Of a stretch of 64,000 bases of DNA, positions 24,250 to 38,661 are shown in pieces. The position numbers and the translations under genes were made by a program. This stretch comes from Chrysomallon squamiferum (lineage: Eukaryota; Animalia; Mollusca). Positions within the stretch are counted from its first letter, which is position 1. Each line of letters starts with the position of its first letter. Location: positions 21,948,001 through 22,012,000 of the forward strand of contig CM022667.1 in NCBI GenBank assembly GCA_012295275.1, given 5' to 3'. A model generated the notes under the pieces. It was not told the origin of the DNA, searched no databases, and saw only the letters and a list, made by a program, of their open reading frames with translations.

Positions 24250-27200
24250 TAATATGTATTACACTTGTTTCAGCAAATGTGTTAACTCTGTGCTGTTCAT
24301 TTTTGTTTCTTTGTTAAATTAAGATCTCATTGATTTATTTCATGAATTTTGAATTGCAGGATATAATAGAATTTTGAAGTGAAAAAATATATATTCTTGA
24401 TTTAATCCTTTACATTTTAATTGAGACTTAAGAATTATATATATTTTCTTTTAATGACTTAAGTGTTGGTAATTTTTAAAAATTATTTGTCCTATAAAGA
24501 GTGGCAATAAAATGTTTTTTAAAATACGTTTAATTTTGCTCAATATGTTTTTAACATTTATTATATGTGGCATCCCTTGGAGATCGAGAATTGTGGAGTT
24601 TTTATTTTTACTTCTATCTTATCAAACTGAAGGTGTTGTATAATTTAAAATTATGTTTTTAGTCCCTGGCATTTTAGATTTGTATTATGTGTATTTAATT
24701 TAGTTTTGAAAAATTACAATAAAAAATAAACAGCAAGGATAATATTTCACTTCAGTTATTGCTTTCTTCTTTTGAAGATTCATTTTGAATGTGTTTAACT
24801 GTCCCACATTTTAATGTATTCTGTTTATATTAAAAAATTACAGAATCAACAGTTGGTTGTGTAATCATATTTGTTACTGTTCAGAGATTTTAAAATTATT
24901 TATATTTGGACAAAGACACATTAGATACATAATAAGTATTAATTGATAAACTAAAACTAAAAAACACAAACAAAAGAATAATATCTACACACTTAATTTT
25001 TAAAAGTGATCTGCTGTTATTTGCACGATTTTCCTGAAGTTTTGATAGTCGATATGTATTAATAGTTTACTGATTGTCAGTGAATTTGAAATGTAAATAA
25101 TAAAGAAAAATTAAGATAGATTTTACTGTTTAACAAGTATTTCTAGTAAGATGAATATTTTAATTAGAATAACTTTCTCTGAATGGTCACACTGATATCG
25201 ATTTGAGATAAAAAAAATCTATGATGTAATAAGTATGATTTTACTGACTTCAGCAGATGTTGATAACAAAATGTTACTGAATATTACAGTTCTTTGTTTT
25301 TTGGTTTATACCCATATTTGCTGTCTAGAAAAACATAATAAAAATCACTGACAGTTGAACTGATGCCATATTTTTTAAAAGCTAATCCTTTCTAGATTTG
25401 GACTCTAGCTTCGTTATTACATTTTTTTATGATTTCTGGTTAAAGGAAAACTAAATAACAGTTCTTTTTAACAAATTGTCTTTTTAAATTTTTTCTCAGA
25501 TTAATTTTTTCATTTTCTGTGTGTTTGTCACAATTTTCATTCATATTAGATGTAAAAAATCTGTTGTAAATTAATCACAACATATTACTCTTCAAGTCAG
25601 CTGAACATTTTTTTTTTTAACACCAATATATTTTGGCGTAAAAAGCATTATTGATAATGGAATGATATAAATGTATAAATAAAGGTATATTTTTTATTTA
25701 CACAATAAACTGCAGAAACTGGTAGACACTATTTAGCTTTTTATATTTATTGATAGTAAATATTTTATAACAGATAATACAAATATTTATGAAATTGTCA
25801 TAGTAACAGTAATGGATACTGGTATAATAAATAAATAATTAAAAATCAAATTAATTTTTATCTAAATTATTCGGTTTTGCCAGAGGAAATGTTAATCATG
25901 AAATAACAGTTTAAGATATATTTTCTAACTCATTTGTAATGACATTTTTGTTCACTCCCTGATTAAGAAATTGTAAAAACATTTCTTCAGTAGATGATGA
26001 AACAGAAATTAACCACCTTGCATGAAAATTTTGCACATGCCATTATGTGAAACCAATAATATTGCAGGACAAAATAAAATTTAGTTAACGGGTGTTGTTA
26101 ATTGTAAGCATCTGAAGCTTTGAAGTGCATTTCTGTTAAAAACAAGTGACAGAAGAAAACTAGTTATGTTGACATGAATCTTTTAAATTAATAAAATTAT
26201 TATTATACAAATGTATCATTTAATTTTTCAAAAATATCAAATTTTATTTCAAAAGTTAAAAAACTGACAAAAAAGTTTATCAGATAAGTTTAAAATTTTG
26301 GGGTCCATTATAAATCTGATCTACATCATTACCATAAATCATTGTTTATGGTGTATTATTTGTATCAAATTTGTCTGGATATATAAAAACTATACAATAG
26401 TTTACAAGAAAATTATTGGATTTTCTATGAATACTTTTAATATTTTTATTGCTGTTCTTAGTTATAAATTTTCTTAAAAAATAATGAAGATTTTTTGTCA
26501 AATTTAAAAATGATGATTTATTATTATTACAACTGGTAATGCTCAGATACCTTTATTCTGTTAGGTTTCATGGAAATGCATGTTTTCTGCTCTCACTTAT
26601 TTACCTGATTAATAAAAACATACCCAGTGATATATCTACAGATGATGGAAAGTGATTTGTTAGTAAGCTGTTACTGAAATAAATGAAATGTTATAAAATA
26701 GAGAACAAAATAAGTGTACAGCTTTTGTATTAAATATTTTAAAGTTTACGTGATACATTTTCAATCAATTCCAAATAATAAAATACATTATAATATTCTA
26801 TCAGTATCAAATGAGCATAGAAAAACCACCCGATTGTACATATATTTTTACATACTTATTCCAATTATTTGCCTTGTTTAAGAGCTTTTTTAATAAGAAA
26901 ATATATTTGCAGTTCAAACAGGTTTTTATTTTATTTTATTTTTTTTGTGAAAAACGATGAACACATAAAGCCCTTCACAGATCAGTAGAGAGCAAAAGTT
27001 GATGACAAATTGAAGATGTACTTTGTCTGAAAATTAATTCTTTGCTGTTTGAAAGCTGAATTATTAAGGTTGTTGAATTGTCATGTTCAGCTTAAAACTT
27101 ATTTGTTTCTGATGTCCCACCTTTTATATACCCTATTATAAGAATAATACTTAATATTTATTTTATTTTATTTTATTTTTGTTTTTATTTATTAATGAAA

Positions 27201-27735
27201 ATATTTTAAAATTTTCATTGTGATAACAGTGAGGCAGTAATCCAGTTTCTTACACTGTAAAAATTTATTAAAGATTCTATCACCTTGGCCAGAGTTGTCA
27301 GAATTAATTACTATTTATCACAGTTATAATCAATTTTTAAATCAACTGAACAAGTGTTTTTTAACACAAAACATTTTTATTTAACATTATTGGTACTCGA
27401 GTGTTATAAACATAAATAATGTGTATATTAGTATAATAAATTAGTTTTAGTTGTTTTTTTTCTAAAATGCTTTTAAATTCTTAATTGATAACATTTTAAT
27501 GTCAGTGATAAAATAAGTTATTTTGAAATATTAAAAAAAATCAGCAAGAAAAAATTTAGTTATCAGTTTTTTTGGTAGAGTATTGTTATTTCATTAATGT
27601 TAATAGATGATATTTATTCCTTGTATAATTATCTTACATTTTGGGATATATAATTTAACAATGTTTATATAATCATTCTAGGGATATGATTAAACCTTGT
27701 TTTTACAATATTACTCTACACTTTGGTTTTAGATT

Positions 27736-27738
<3 letters not shown>

Positions 27739-27802
<64 letters not shown>

Positions 27803-27824
27803 TATTTTATTTTTTATTTTTTTA

Positions 27825-27861
<37 letters not shown>
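27739..27861. repeat. Compound (TAA)n-(ATT)n microsatellite
   Basis: Direct reading; the two tracts are mutually complementary. Confidence 0.9.
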
Positions 27862-27864
<3 letters not shown>

Positions 27865-30800
27865 GTCTAAAAAATACAGATGGAAAAATCAAAATTATAA
27901 AATCAGACATTTTAAAACAAGAAATGGTAATCACACCCCTGTATGTGTAAACTGATCTGTTAAACATACACACTGAAATTCAGCCACACAAACAAAGTTA
28001 CAGCACTTTAACCAGACGTCATGTTGTAAGACATTTGTGAAATTTTGCTATAAAATATTTCTGCTAGGTTAATAAAAAGTTCTTAATAAATATATATTTT
28101 AAGATTTTTGTACAGATAAGTTTTCATGCTCAGTGATAAAAACAGAATATAATTTTTTATCATTAAATCGATTAATATTTTAAAATACAGTTTCTGCAAA
28201 ATATTTAAATGATATTGCCAATGATGCATTTTTTAAAATACTTTAAAAATAGTGGTAGTATAACAATCTTTTTTTTTTTTTTTTTAAGTAAGTTCACTAT
28301 CACTCAGGAAGGTCATTTTACATCAAACAATTAATTTTAATGATAAAAATTTTAATTATTGCTACAGTTGTTTCAAAATATACCATTAAATACTAGATAT
28401 AGTGTTCAGTTTAATTTATTATCCTTAGAAATACAGGTTATAAGATCATTTTAGTTTTAGTAAATTATTAAATATATTAACATTTTTAGACAAGTTATTT
28501 AGAAACAAACAAAATTTCAATATTTATATTAATAGCAAGTAAAACTATTTTAACCTAGTTACTTTTCCTATAGCTGAATGTATCTAGCTTGTTAAAACTA
28601 CAGTTGTTAGAAACAAGATTTTGTTTAACAAATCATGTTTACAGTAGAATTGTCTTCTTTCCAATCCTCATGATAAATAATTTTATATTGTTACTGCTTG
28701 TGATATTATTTTGCAAATAAATCATCTTTTATTTAACCTATTCCTGTTTTCTGTTGAGTTACTTTAGTAAAAATCAAGTTTAAAAATTATTTTAGATATT
28801 CACAATTTTTAATAATTTTTGATAAATAACACAAGGTGGATGAATATATTGGTTAGAAATGGCCTGAAATCCAAATGTCTTCACATTCCAGTTTGCCAAC
28901 ACACTGAATTATAGATGCCCTCCATTTTGAAGTTGATTCCCTCTCAATTACAAACCTTTGTTAATGTTTAATTAGTGATTAATCTTCTTTCATCTTTAAA
29001 GGGGAAGCAGTCAAATGCATAAAGTGCATGGCTGACTTGTAAAAATTTGAATTATTTATGCAAATGGATACAGGTCTTCCACCCTGCTGAGAAAAAAAAT
29101 CCTGCGTTCAGCATGATAGAATAGCAAATATTTATTAAAATTCTGACATCTAGTCTTTTGTGGAAACAGTATTTTACATACTTTCCTATAATCGGGAAAA
29201 CATTTCCTTAACTGCTTTTAATAAAAACCAGTTGAACAATCATGAATGAAAATGGATATAAATGTTATACTTTTTATGGCTTTTTATGCAATAAATGAAA
29301 TTTAAGAGAAGATATCCGAAGCAGATCTTTTAGACAATAAAATGTTTTCAAAATAATACTGGATAAATTATTAAGTATAATAAATCAAAAGACATTTTCA
29401 TATCTCAGTAATTTTTCTGAAGTGCACTAAAATTATAAATACTTATTACAGCAATTTAGGTATTTAAAAAAGGTAATTAACGGATTAACAAAAATTCAAA
29501 GATTTATTAAATTATATAGATTTATTAAGTCAGTAACTTTGGGCTTGCATAATTATAATGTTCTATTAAAAACAAACAAAATTTGCATCAAAATTTGACA
29601 GTATATAAATCTTGCAAGCATAAGCTTTTTTTTCTATTTTCAAAAAACATATTATAAACCAGACATAAAATAAATATTGAGTACACTACATGAATAATTT
29701 CAAACATATTTTACAACAAATACTAGTGATAGAGGATAAGAAACAATTCTAATAAAAACACAATGGTGAGTTATTTTTGTTTTTTGCTGAAAGAATTTAA
29801 CTGGAATTCAGAACGTGCTATTCATGGATAAAAGAAACAATCTAAACAATAAAATCTCATAACAAACTCCATATTACAATTAATGGGAAATGATGTTTTT
29901 AAAAAGACAACACCTAATAAATCAAGATAATACAGACTTCTAGAGTTCATTAAGTCTCATATTGTCCTGTCAAATGTCTGGGTTTTTTGTTCTTTTTTAC
30001 AATAACAACTTTGCTACAGAAGGACTAATAGTCTTGAAGTGGAAATAAAACAATTTCATTTATAATCTGTCAAAATCTGATAAAAATATGTTAAAATACC
30101 TGTACGCATCTTTAACAAGTCATTTATGGTTGACTGGCTTCACATTTAAAATTATTTTAAAAAGGACATTTAACCACCTAGAAATAAAATTTAATATAAT
30201 AACTGTTCCATTAAATCACATCATATTGGCTTTGAAAAAAAAAAAAAAATCCATTATGCAGTGTCCTCTAAAATAAAAACAAACATCTGATTAGAAATAC
30301 AAAACATTTAGATGTTAAATATATACAGTAAAATGCAGGTAAAGCTATGCATACTAAATACAATACGAATAATTTGTTGAAGCATACATATTTTTAATAG
30401 GACATAACAAAGGAAGTTAATGCAAAAAGAACCCAATTATATTATGGATGATGTTAATATTGTGCTTCAAATTTAAACATGTTTGTTAATATTTTCACAT
30501 ACTACTCAAGTATTTTGTTACTATAGTACTCAACAATATTTTTGCTGACTGCTTGTAAAATGTAGCAAGTACATGAGTGCATGTGTGTAATTTTATGTAC
30601 TAAAACAGAAACAGCCTATAAATGTATAATGCATTGTATTATTTTTTACCAATATTATCTCTGTGATAACAGTATGGATAAATGGATTTTTAGAGGTTTA
30701 TTCACACAGCCGTATTACATTTTGTTAGAAAACCAATAAATAACAAACAACAAAAAATTGTAAAAAAAAAAAATAAATGGCTATTCAATACATGTTCAAT

Positions 30801-31429
30801 AAATATATTCAATAAATTTAATACTTCCTAAATGTCAATGAAAAAGTTTAAAAAGACGATTTTTCTTTCATTAGAAATGCTAAATTAAAACACAAACGCT
30901 GAAAAGTATAGCAACATTAATGACATGAAATAGAATATAAAATATTCTTAGAAATAGAATACCACTGAAAAATGATTAAAAAAGCTATTAAAGCAATGAA
31001 TAATGCTAAAAGGTCTGCAATAAAATAAGCTCAAAATATATTCTTTATGCATGTATAAGAGTAATATGTATTTCTTTTTTTTCAACTAACTTTTTCTGTT
31101 AATACAAAAAATATATATTTATAATAATATATTATTTTAAAGATAATTGGAAAGAACGCATTAATGTAGATGTGTAAGTATTCGCATTTTTGTATACGAT
31201 TTTTCTTACTGTTATATAAAACAGAAATATTTATGAACATAATTTTTATATAACATAAAGAAATCATTAAAGAATATGTACAAGTGTTTGATATACGTAG
31301 TTTATATTTTCATTTTTTTTCATATATTACAAGTGATATACATTTAAAAGTCATAAAATAGTTGTTTTTCTTTTTCCAGTGGACTGAATTAGTACATGAA
31401 TATTAATTTTAATTATTTCACAAACAGTA

Positions 31430-34400
31430 TCAGGTGCCATCAACATCTATTTTTGTAATGATTGTAACATCATTATCATCATCATTGGTAACTTCTCTGT
31501 TACTGCTTTTTTCACAAGTGTTTTGAGTAGTATCTGTTTCAGTTATGTTTTCTTCACATTCAGATATGTCATCAATTGTTTCTCCATTTTGTTCACCTGA
31601 AACTTCTTGCTTATCAGCCATTGCAGTTATATGTTTCTTTTCACTGATTATTTCATCATTTTTACCACCAGCAATCTCATCGTAGTTTCTTTTAGGTGCT
31701 TTCTGAGCAGCAATATCAGAAACCTATAAAAGAAAATCATCATCCCATATTCAGGCCTGTTTTATTTTGTTATTCTGTATAATTTTTTATTTTAATGATT
31801 ATTAAATTAAATTAGGTTTTTTACTTGTAAAAAATAGTGCTGTTTTTGTCAATAAAATCTATAAAAGTCCAACAAATGTTAAAAATTCTCAGTTATCATT
31901 TTTGATGCAATATTTATGATCTGTTTACTAAAAAAAAAAGAAGGTTTTACTATGTAATAAACTATATGTTTTATGTATTTCTAACTTGATTTTTGGAGGC
32001 TGATCATTGTTAATATATTTTGGCAATATATTGTTTACTTCCATATCCTTAATTTATAAGAAGTTGTTTTCAAAAATTTATTTATCAGATGGCATGATAA
32101 AATAAATTAACAACATTTAGAAAAGATTATTTTATTATTATACTTTTATTTCAAAATTAGATCCAAACTCGGTAATGAATAAACAAATCAGTTAAACTTG
32201 ACATTTATACCACTTTAGTAATGCCTTTAATAACATTATTGAAAATGTCTTGCAATAAAAAAGATTTTAAAACTAATGGGGCATTACTTACTTCATAATA
32301 GTTGCCAATCAGGTGCTGCATCTCATGTCGTAACAGAAGTTCTGATGAAACTATTTCTCTATCACAGTACTGACAAACAAATACTTCATCATTGGAGACT
32401 GGTGTCTGATTCTCTTCCTCAATGCCACATTTGCTTGTACTGGGTTCTCTATTCATCAAGGTCAATTCCTTTTCAACTTGTTCCTCATTTACTTTAGCAT
32501 CTGTAATTTATGCTACTCATTTTAATGTTTAGTGTATCATTTTAGAATTTTACAAATTTATAGGTATTGAATAAAAAACAATATTTACAATATTGAGAAT
32601 TGATTTTAACATTTGCCTGGATTTAAATCTGACATTATTCTGCAAATAATTTGTCTTTTTACATCATTGTATTTAACTGTGTATTTTATTCCAGCCATAC
32701 CCTCAAAAAGTATGAGTAAACACCTTACCTTTTATTTTAACATTTTTTCGATATTTATTAGCAATTTCCAAAGCTTCGGAAATGTCTAAATGTTCTTCTT
32801 TTTGAATTCTATCCATCTGACCATTCTGAGTTAACCATTCTGAGAATTCTGGAAGAGGACAGAAGTGAACTCTGATGTGCTGTGTCAGGAACTGTTGATT
32901 TGGAACTGAATAGTCACAATAAGGACAGGAAATCTCATTGCGGATCATGTGGAACTTGAGATGTGTCAGCAGGTGGTCTCTTTTTACATTGGCATATGGA
33001 CATCGATCACATCTTCATACAGATCAAATATAATTTGAAATTCTTGTTGTTAAAATATTGAAATAAAACTTTCTGCATTAGGCATTAAATAAAAGACAAT
33101 GATGATAATGATACTTAAAATATTTTTATTTCAACATAGATTCTAATGCTAACCTTTGACATCAATAACCATATAGACTTTTATTTTAAATTTATAAATT
33201 TATCGTTTATCTCAGCATCATAAATCTACTATGTTAAGATTATTTATAAATACATACCTGTAAAGCTTTTTAGGTTCTAATTCTGATTCAGGAATATTCT
33301 CATATAATTCCAGATGGTCATGGGTAACACTGATTGTAACAGGCTTTTTGTCATCAACTGCTGGTAGTGCACTTGCTAATGCTACATCAGCTGGCACCTA
33401 AAAATGAATAAATAATGTTATTTATGAAGAATATAGTTTTAACTGTATTCACAACAGATATTATTCAAACAATCTTTGTACCTTCAAAAATAATAATTTG
33501 AAATATGTATATCTAATAACATTTGTATATATTAAGATATATTTAAATCTAAGTTATTTTTTATGTTCAGTATTTAAAAAAGAAATATATATTCATGCTA
33601 ATCACATGACATTAAGATGGAAATGATACTGTATGAAAATTAATTTACCTCAGTAAGGTACTGAAGATTTGATAAAGACTGGATGGTGAGAAGGTTCTGG
33701 TTAGGCATCAGATGCAGTTTTCGATGCTGAGCAAGAAGATTCTTGGAAGGAACACTGTAATCACAGAAGTCACAGGTGAACCGCTGACGACTTCCATGCA
33801 ATTCCACATGTCTCTGGAAATGGTTGCGCTTTGCACTAGCATATGGACATTTTTCACAACAGTATTTCTTGAACCGTACTATCTCTAGTAGTGTATCTAC
33901 TTTATGTTCTGGCATTATTTCTCCAGACTCTGATGTTTTATCATCATCATCACCACATGTTTGTACCTCTTGTTTTCCCATTTGCAAAGCCATACTGTCA
34001 TTAAAATCTTGTACATAAGAAGATTGGTGTACTTTCATATGATGAGCTAGAAGTCCGCGTGCTCCAACATAATAGTCACAGTCAGGACATTTCAACAGTG
34101 GATGTTTAGACGGTCGTTTACCATGCATCATCTCATGCAGTCTAAGGTTTCTTGCACGGATGTTCATGTAGGGGCAGCTTCGACAAGTGTGCAACTTACG
34201 ATATGTCCCATTCTTAACAATATATCCAGGACGGTAACCCATTGAACACTGAGCTGCTATTTTTGTAGGTGAGCAAGCAGGATCAGTCGACAAACTTGCT
34301 GTAATTTTGGAACATATGAACTGCTGTTTCAAGCCTGCAATTTCTACAGTGTCAAAAACAGCACTATTTTCTGACATCTCTGACTTGCTGGGTGAAGACT

Positions 34401-37400
34401 GGTATGAAGCAGATGAGTATGCCATCTGAGCCATCTTATGACATTTTTCATGTTGTTTCAGAAGTCTGCGATGAGTTACCCAGTAGTCACAATGATCACA
34501 TTTGAACCCAGCAGTTGGTTTTGGACGGTGAAATTGTTTGTGATAAAGGATATCATTTTTACTATTAGTTGAGTAAGGACATTTCTCACAAACATGTTTC
34601 TTTGGGGTTGCTCCAAGTGAGGTGATTGTTTTAGCAGGGCTATTCTGTGGAGTTATCTGCTTCTTTTCCCAAGCTAATTTCAATGCATGTAGTCGTACAT
34701 GCTGCTGAAGAAGACGTGGACGACTTACATAATATGGACAATGTTTACATTTGTACTTGTTGAATGGCTGAGGCTTGTGATAAGTCATGTGAAAATTAAG
34801 AAGACCTCGCTTATTGGCTGTATATGGACATAAAGTACAGATGTAATTCTTCTTTTTGTCAAAAGCAGGAACCTGGCCTCCTGTGTCTGTACTGAGAATA
34901 TACTGTTGTCCTTGTGGAACTTTAACTCTCTGTCTTTTTCGGAACTTCATACACTGAGTTTTATCTGGACATCCATGCACCTCTCTAAGATGTCGGTGAC
35001 AAAGCAATGCAGAAGAAAACTGCATATTGCATTTTCGACACAAAAATACATCAACATACTGCTCTGACATAACAGTTGCTTTCTCAGAATATGGTGCAGA
35101 TGGCATACTGTTATCTTGTAAATTAAACCCCATGCTATATTTAATGCGTACTTGAATATATTGTTTGCAGTCAAGTTTTCCGTGAAGTTTGCTAATATGT
35201 CTGTGAATATTTGTTCTGAAATTACTGCAGAACTGACAAATGCGACACTGAAAAGGCTTCATCCCATGTTTCTGCATGTGTTTAATAATGTGTGACCTGA
35301 AAGTTGCCTGAAATGAACATCTGGAACATCTCCAAATTTTTTCATCTATTTTAAAGATCTGTGATGATTCTGTTGATACTGAATCAAAATCTTTATTAAT
35401 GAATGAGTCACTGGAATTACGTATGTATTTGTATTGGGACAAAGTACTTCTAGCAAATTCTTCATTCAGCAACACCACTTTAGTTTTTGGCAGGCTATGT
35501 TTTCGTTTTAGATGACGAAGAATATCTGTACGCCAATTTGACCTATATGAACAGGCTGAACATTTAAATCTCCGACATCGACTCATATCCTGAGTCATGT
35601 TAAATGGAAGGTATTCAGTTGGAGGCTCATTCAAACAACTTTCTACTTTTGGTAATTTTGGTGAAGATGCTTCAGATTTTTTTGCTGATAAATTACTTCT
35701 GTCAGAGTTTCCACACTCTTCAGCATATGTATCCTTAGCTTCTGCAATATCCATCAGTATGATATATCCACATGAATTGGGATGTCTCTCTCGCAGGTGT
35801 TTCTTGAGATCCCACTTCCAGTTAGACCGATGATGACAAACTGAACACTTGAATGGTTTAATGTAACCATGAATTTTAGGATTACTGAATTTGGATCCCT
35901 CATATTTTTCTTTTCCTTTGGCTTTTACTGTAACAATGTCATCATGGAGTTTTCTGTTTTCTGTTTTAGTTGGAGTCTGTGGAACCATAAAATTGGTACT
36001 GTAGAGAAATTCTGTTCCATCTGGAACATACACTACTTTGACCTCAAAACTGGGATGTGCATAATGGTAATGTTTCTTAACATCACCTTTAGTTGTACAG
36101 CGCTTTCCACATTCAGCGCACATAAATGGTCGCTCCATGTTGACATCACCAGAAGGCACAGGTTGTCTGAAAGTATTTTTGAGACTGGGTGCCCGAAGAT
36201 GGTGGTGTTTGTCTACAGAGGAACTACATACATTTTGTGAAGAAAATTTTCTTTCCATTAGTGAAGAATTTGAATTTTCTGACATTTGGCCTGAACTCAC
36301 AATACTCTCACCCTTTTCTGAAAGTACCACAATATTTCCTGGTTCTCCTGGGTGTATAGTTCTAAGATGTTTGCTGACACTCCATCTAAAATCAGAACGA
36401 AATTTACAACGACTGCACTGAAATGGCTTCTTCATTTTCTTTTTACCTTCTTTATCAAATCTGACATTAAAATGATGCTCTCTTCTTATATTTGGTTGAG
36501 TTTCTAAATACTCCTCAATAGATCGTTTAGCTTCCTCAATTGACAGTGTTATTACATCCTTATTGACTTCTGGATGCTCTCGCTTTAAATGTTTTCGCAT
36601 ATCCCATTTCCAGTTGGATCTTCTACCACAGATAGGACATTTAAACTGCTTCAGATTGAAATGCGTTGCTACATGGGCTTTCATTTTGGAAGCAGCATTT
36701 GTCACAAATGGACAATGCTCACATTTGATAGGACCCACAAAGGCAGCTTCTTTTTTAGGAGAATGACTAGAGGTTGTGCTCTGACTATCAGATGTGTCAT
36801 CAAATGATGGTTCTTGTGATGCAGTTTCCATTAATGTAGGATTAAAACCTTCCATTTCAGACAGTCTTACAGCTTTAGGCTTTCTCTTAAATGCCAGTCT
36901 TTCTGGTCGTATTATCATAAATTCTTTTAAATCAACTTCTGCTTTGTCTTTGGGAAGAAGATCACCATGATGTCTGTAAAGATGGCGACCAATGTCTCCA
37001 CGCCAGTATGTTTGATAGTCACACTGTTTACACTGAAATGTTTTGTCTTCTTTGTCATGAGTTGAAGAATGTCTTTCCATTTCCATTTTAGTTTTTGTTA
37101 TGTATGGGCAGGCAGGACATCTAAAGAGTGCTGGAGATGACTTCTTAGTTGGTACCATGGCTATCTTTTGGACATGAATACCTGAAGGCTCACAGTTATG
37201 ATCCCGTCTTACATGCACATTAACATCACCTAAGTATTTATATTTTTTCATGCATAGAGGACATTTATATCTCTTTTCAACTGAATGCACGGCAATGTGC
37301 CTTCTGTAATCTGAAGGCCATTTTGTTGTATAGGAGCAGAAAGTGCATTTCATTTTATCTTTACCTGGTACAATCTTTTTTGATTTTAGTGGCACAGCAT

Positions 37401-38661
37401 TCAAAGGTTTTGTCCCATCGAGAGTTCCATCTTGATATAGCTGTCTCATTTCATGAAGTCTCATATTATGTCTTGCAATGACGTGTTTTCCTAAATCAGC
37501 AGGGCGTCCAAACATCAAACCACAAAGAGGACATGTTGCTTTCCTTGATTTCCTAAGATTTGGTGAAATCTCAGAATCATCTATAATCTCAGATTTAATA
37601 TATCCACTTGTTGATGGAACCATTTCTGTTTCATTAAAACCCACTTCAGGAGAACAAGACTGATTAAGCATAAGAGTATTGTTCTGGTGGTGATTGGTAA
37701 CATGTCGCTTAAGAGCAGCTTCTTGTCCTGCTGCATAACTGCATAAAGAACATTTGAATGTATCTTCACTTCCATGCTTGCCTCTGTGGCTGTCCAAATT
37801 TTTCTTGATATAAGTAGTATACGAACACTCACGACACTTGTATACTTCTCCAGTATTAGTACTGTTGGAGTGAGATATCTTATGTGTATAAAATTCAACT
37901 CTCCTTTCAGTGGTGAAATTGCATTTGGTACATTTGAAAAGAGTGGCATTTGTGTGGCATGTAATAACATGTTTCAAAGTTTGTTTTCTCTTACATGCAG
38001 AATACAGACATAATCGACACTTATAGACAGTATCTCCATTTGATCCTTCAACTGCCTGGATGTGGCTAGATGGTAATTTCTTAATTGTTGATTTGGCTTT
38101 AAATCCAGTTAAACAATGTGGTTTTTTTCCTGACATCAGTTTGCCTCTTTTTGATGTTTTGAAAGAGATTCTAGGAAAATTTTTATCAGACATTTTCAAA
38201 GATGGTGATGAATCCAGTTGATTATTTGAAGCTGGTTCAGAAGTGACTGCAACATCTGACATTGTCTCATCCACATTCATATTCTCTTCTGGAACAAACT
38301 TCTTGTGTGCATATTTAACATGACGATCTAATTTATGCTTCCACCTAGATGCATATTCACAGAAAGTACATTCATAAACAGAAAATGTGGCTCCATGACT
38401 ATCAATACTATGGTTAAGAAATATTTTAGATTTGTTTGTTGTGAAGCCACATTCCCCACAGCGATAATTTCTGTTCACAAGTGGTGGAGGCAGATGTAAT
38501 CCAATTTCTTCTGACTGGTCAGAAGTTCTATTAGCTATCTGGTCTAAATCACAATATGCATTCTTCTCACATCTATTCTTATGACGTTTGAAAATATAAA
38601 CATTTTTGCTAGAAAATCCACAGGTTTGACATTTGTTCAAAGGCAAGACTTTCTTCCCCAT
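31430..38661 (-). CDS. Large multi-C2H2 zinc-finger protein (~1979 aa, ~32 fingers, mostly CxxCx[YF] type without TGEKP linkers)
   Basis: Coding exons: 38661-33649, 33397-33258, 33012-32729, 32500-32292, 31723-31430, all GT-AG and phase-consistent. A finger (YR|CDRCPYANVKRDHLLTHLKFH) is assembled across a junction. About 32 CxxC..H..H motifs were counted by eye. Acidic C-terminal tail. Confidence 0.9.

Noticed and set aside
27686-27973. Three overlapping ORFs with poly-I/N/Y/L
   Set aside because: They are translations of microsatellites.
24149-31429. UBE2V1 downstream of PEDS1 (as in the human PEDS1-UBE2V1 read-through)
   Set aside because: No ubiquitin-conjugating-like coding exons are visible. 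The next gene is the convergent zinc-finger gene.
33824-38013. Many short antisense or alternative-frame ORFs inside the giant zinc-finger exon
   Set aside because: Shadow ORFs of a long coding sequence.
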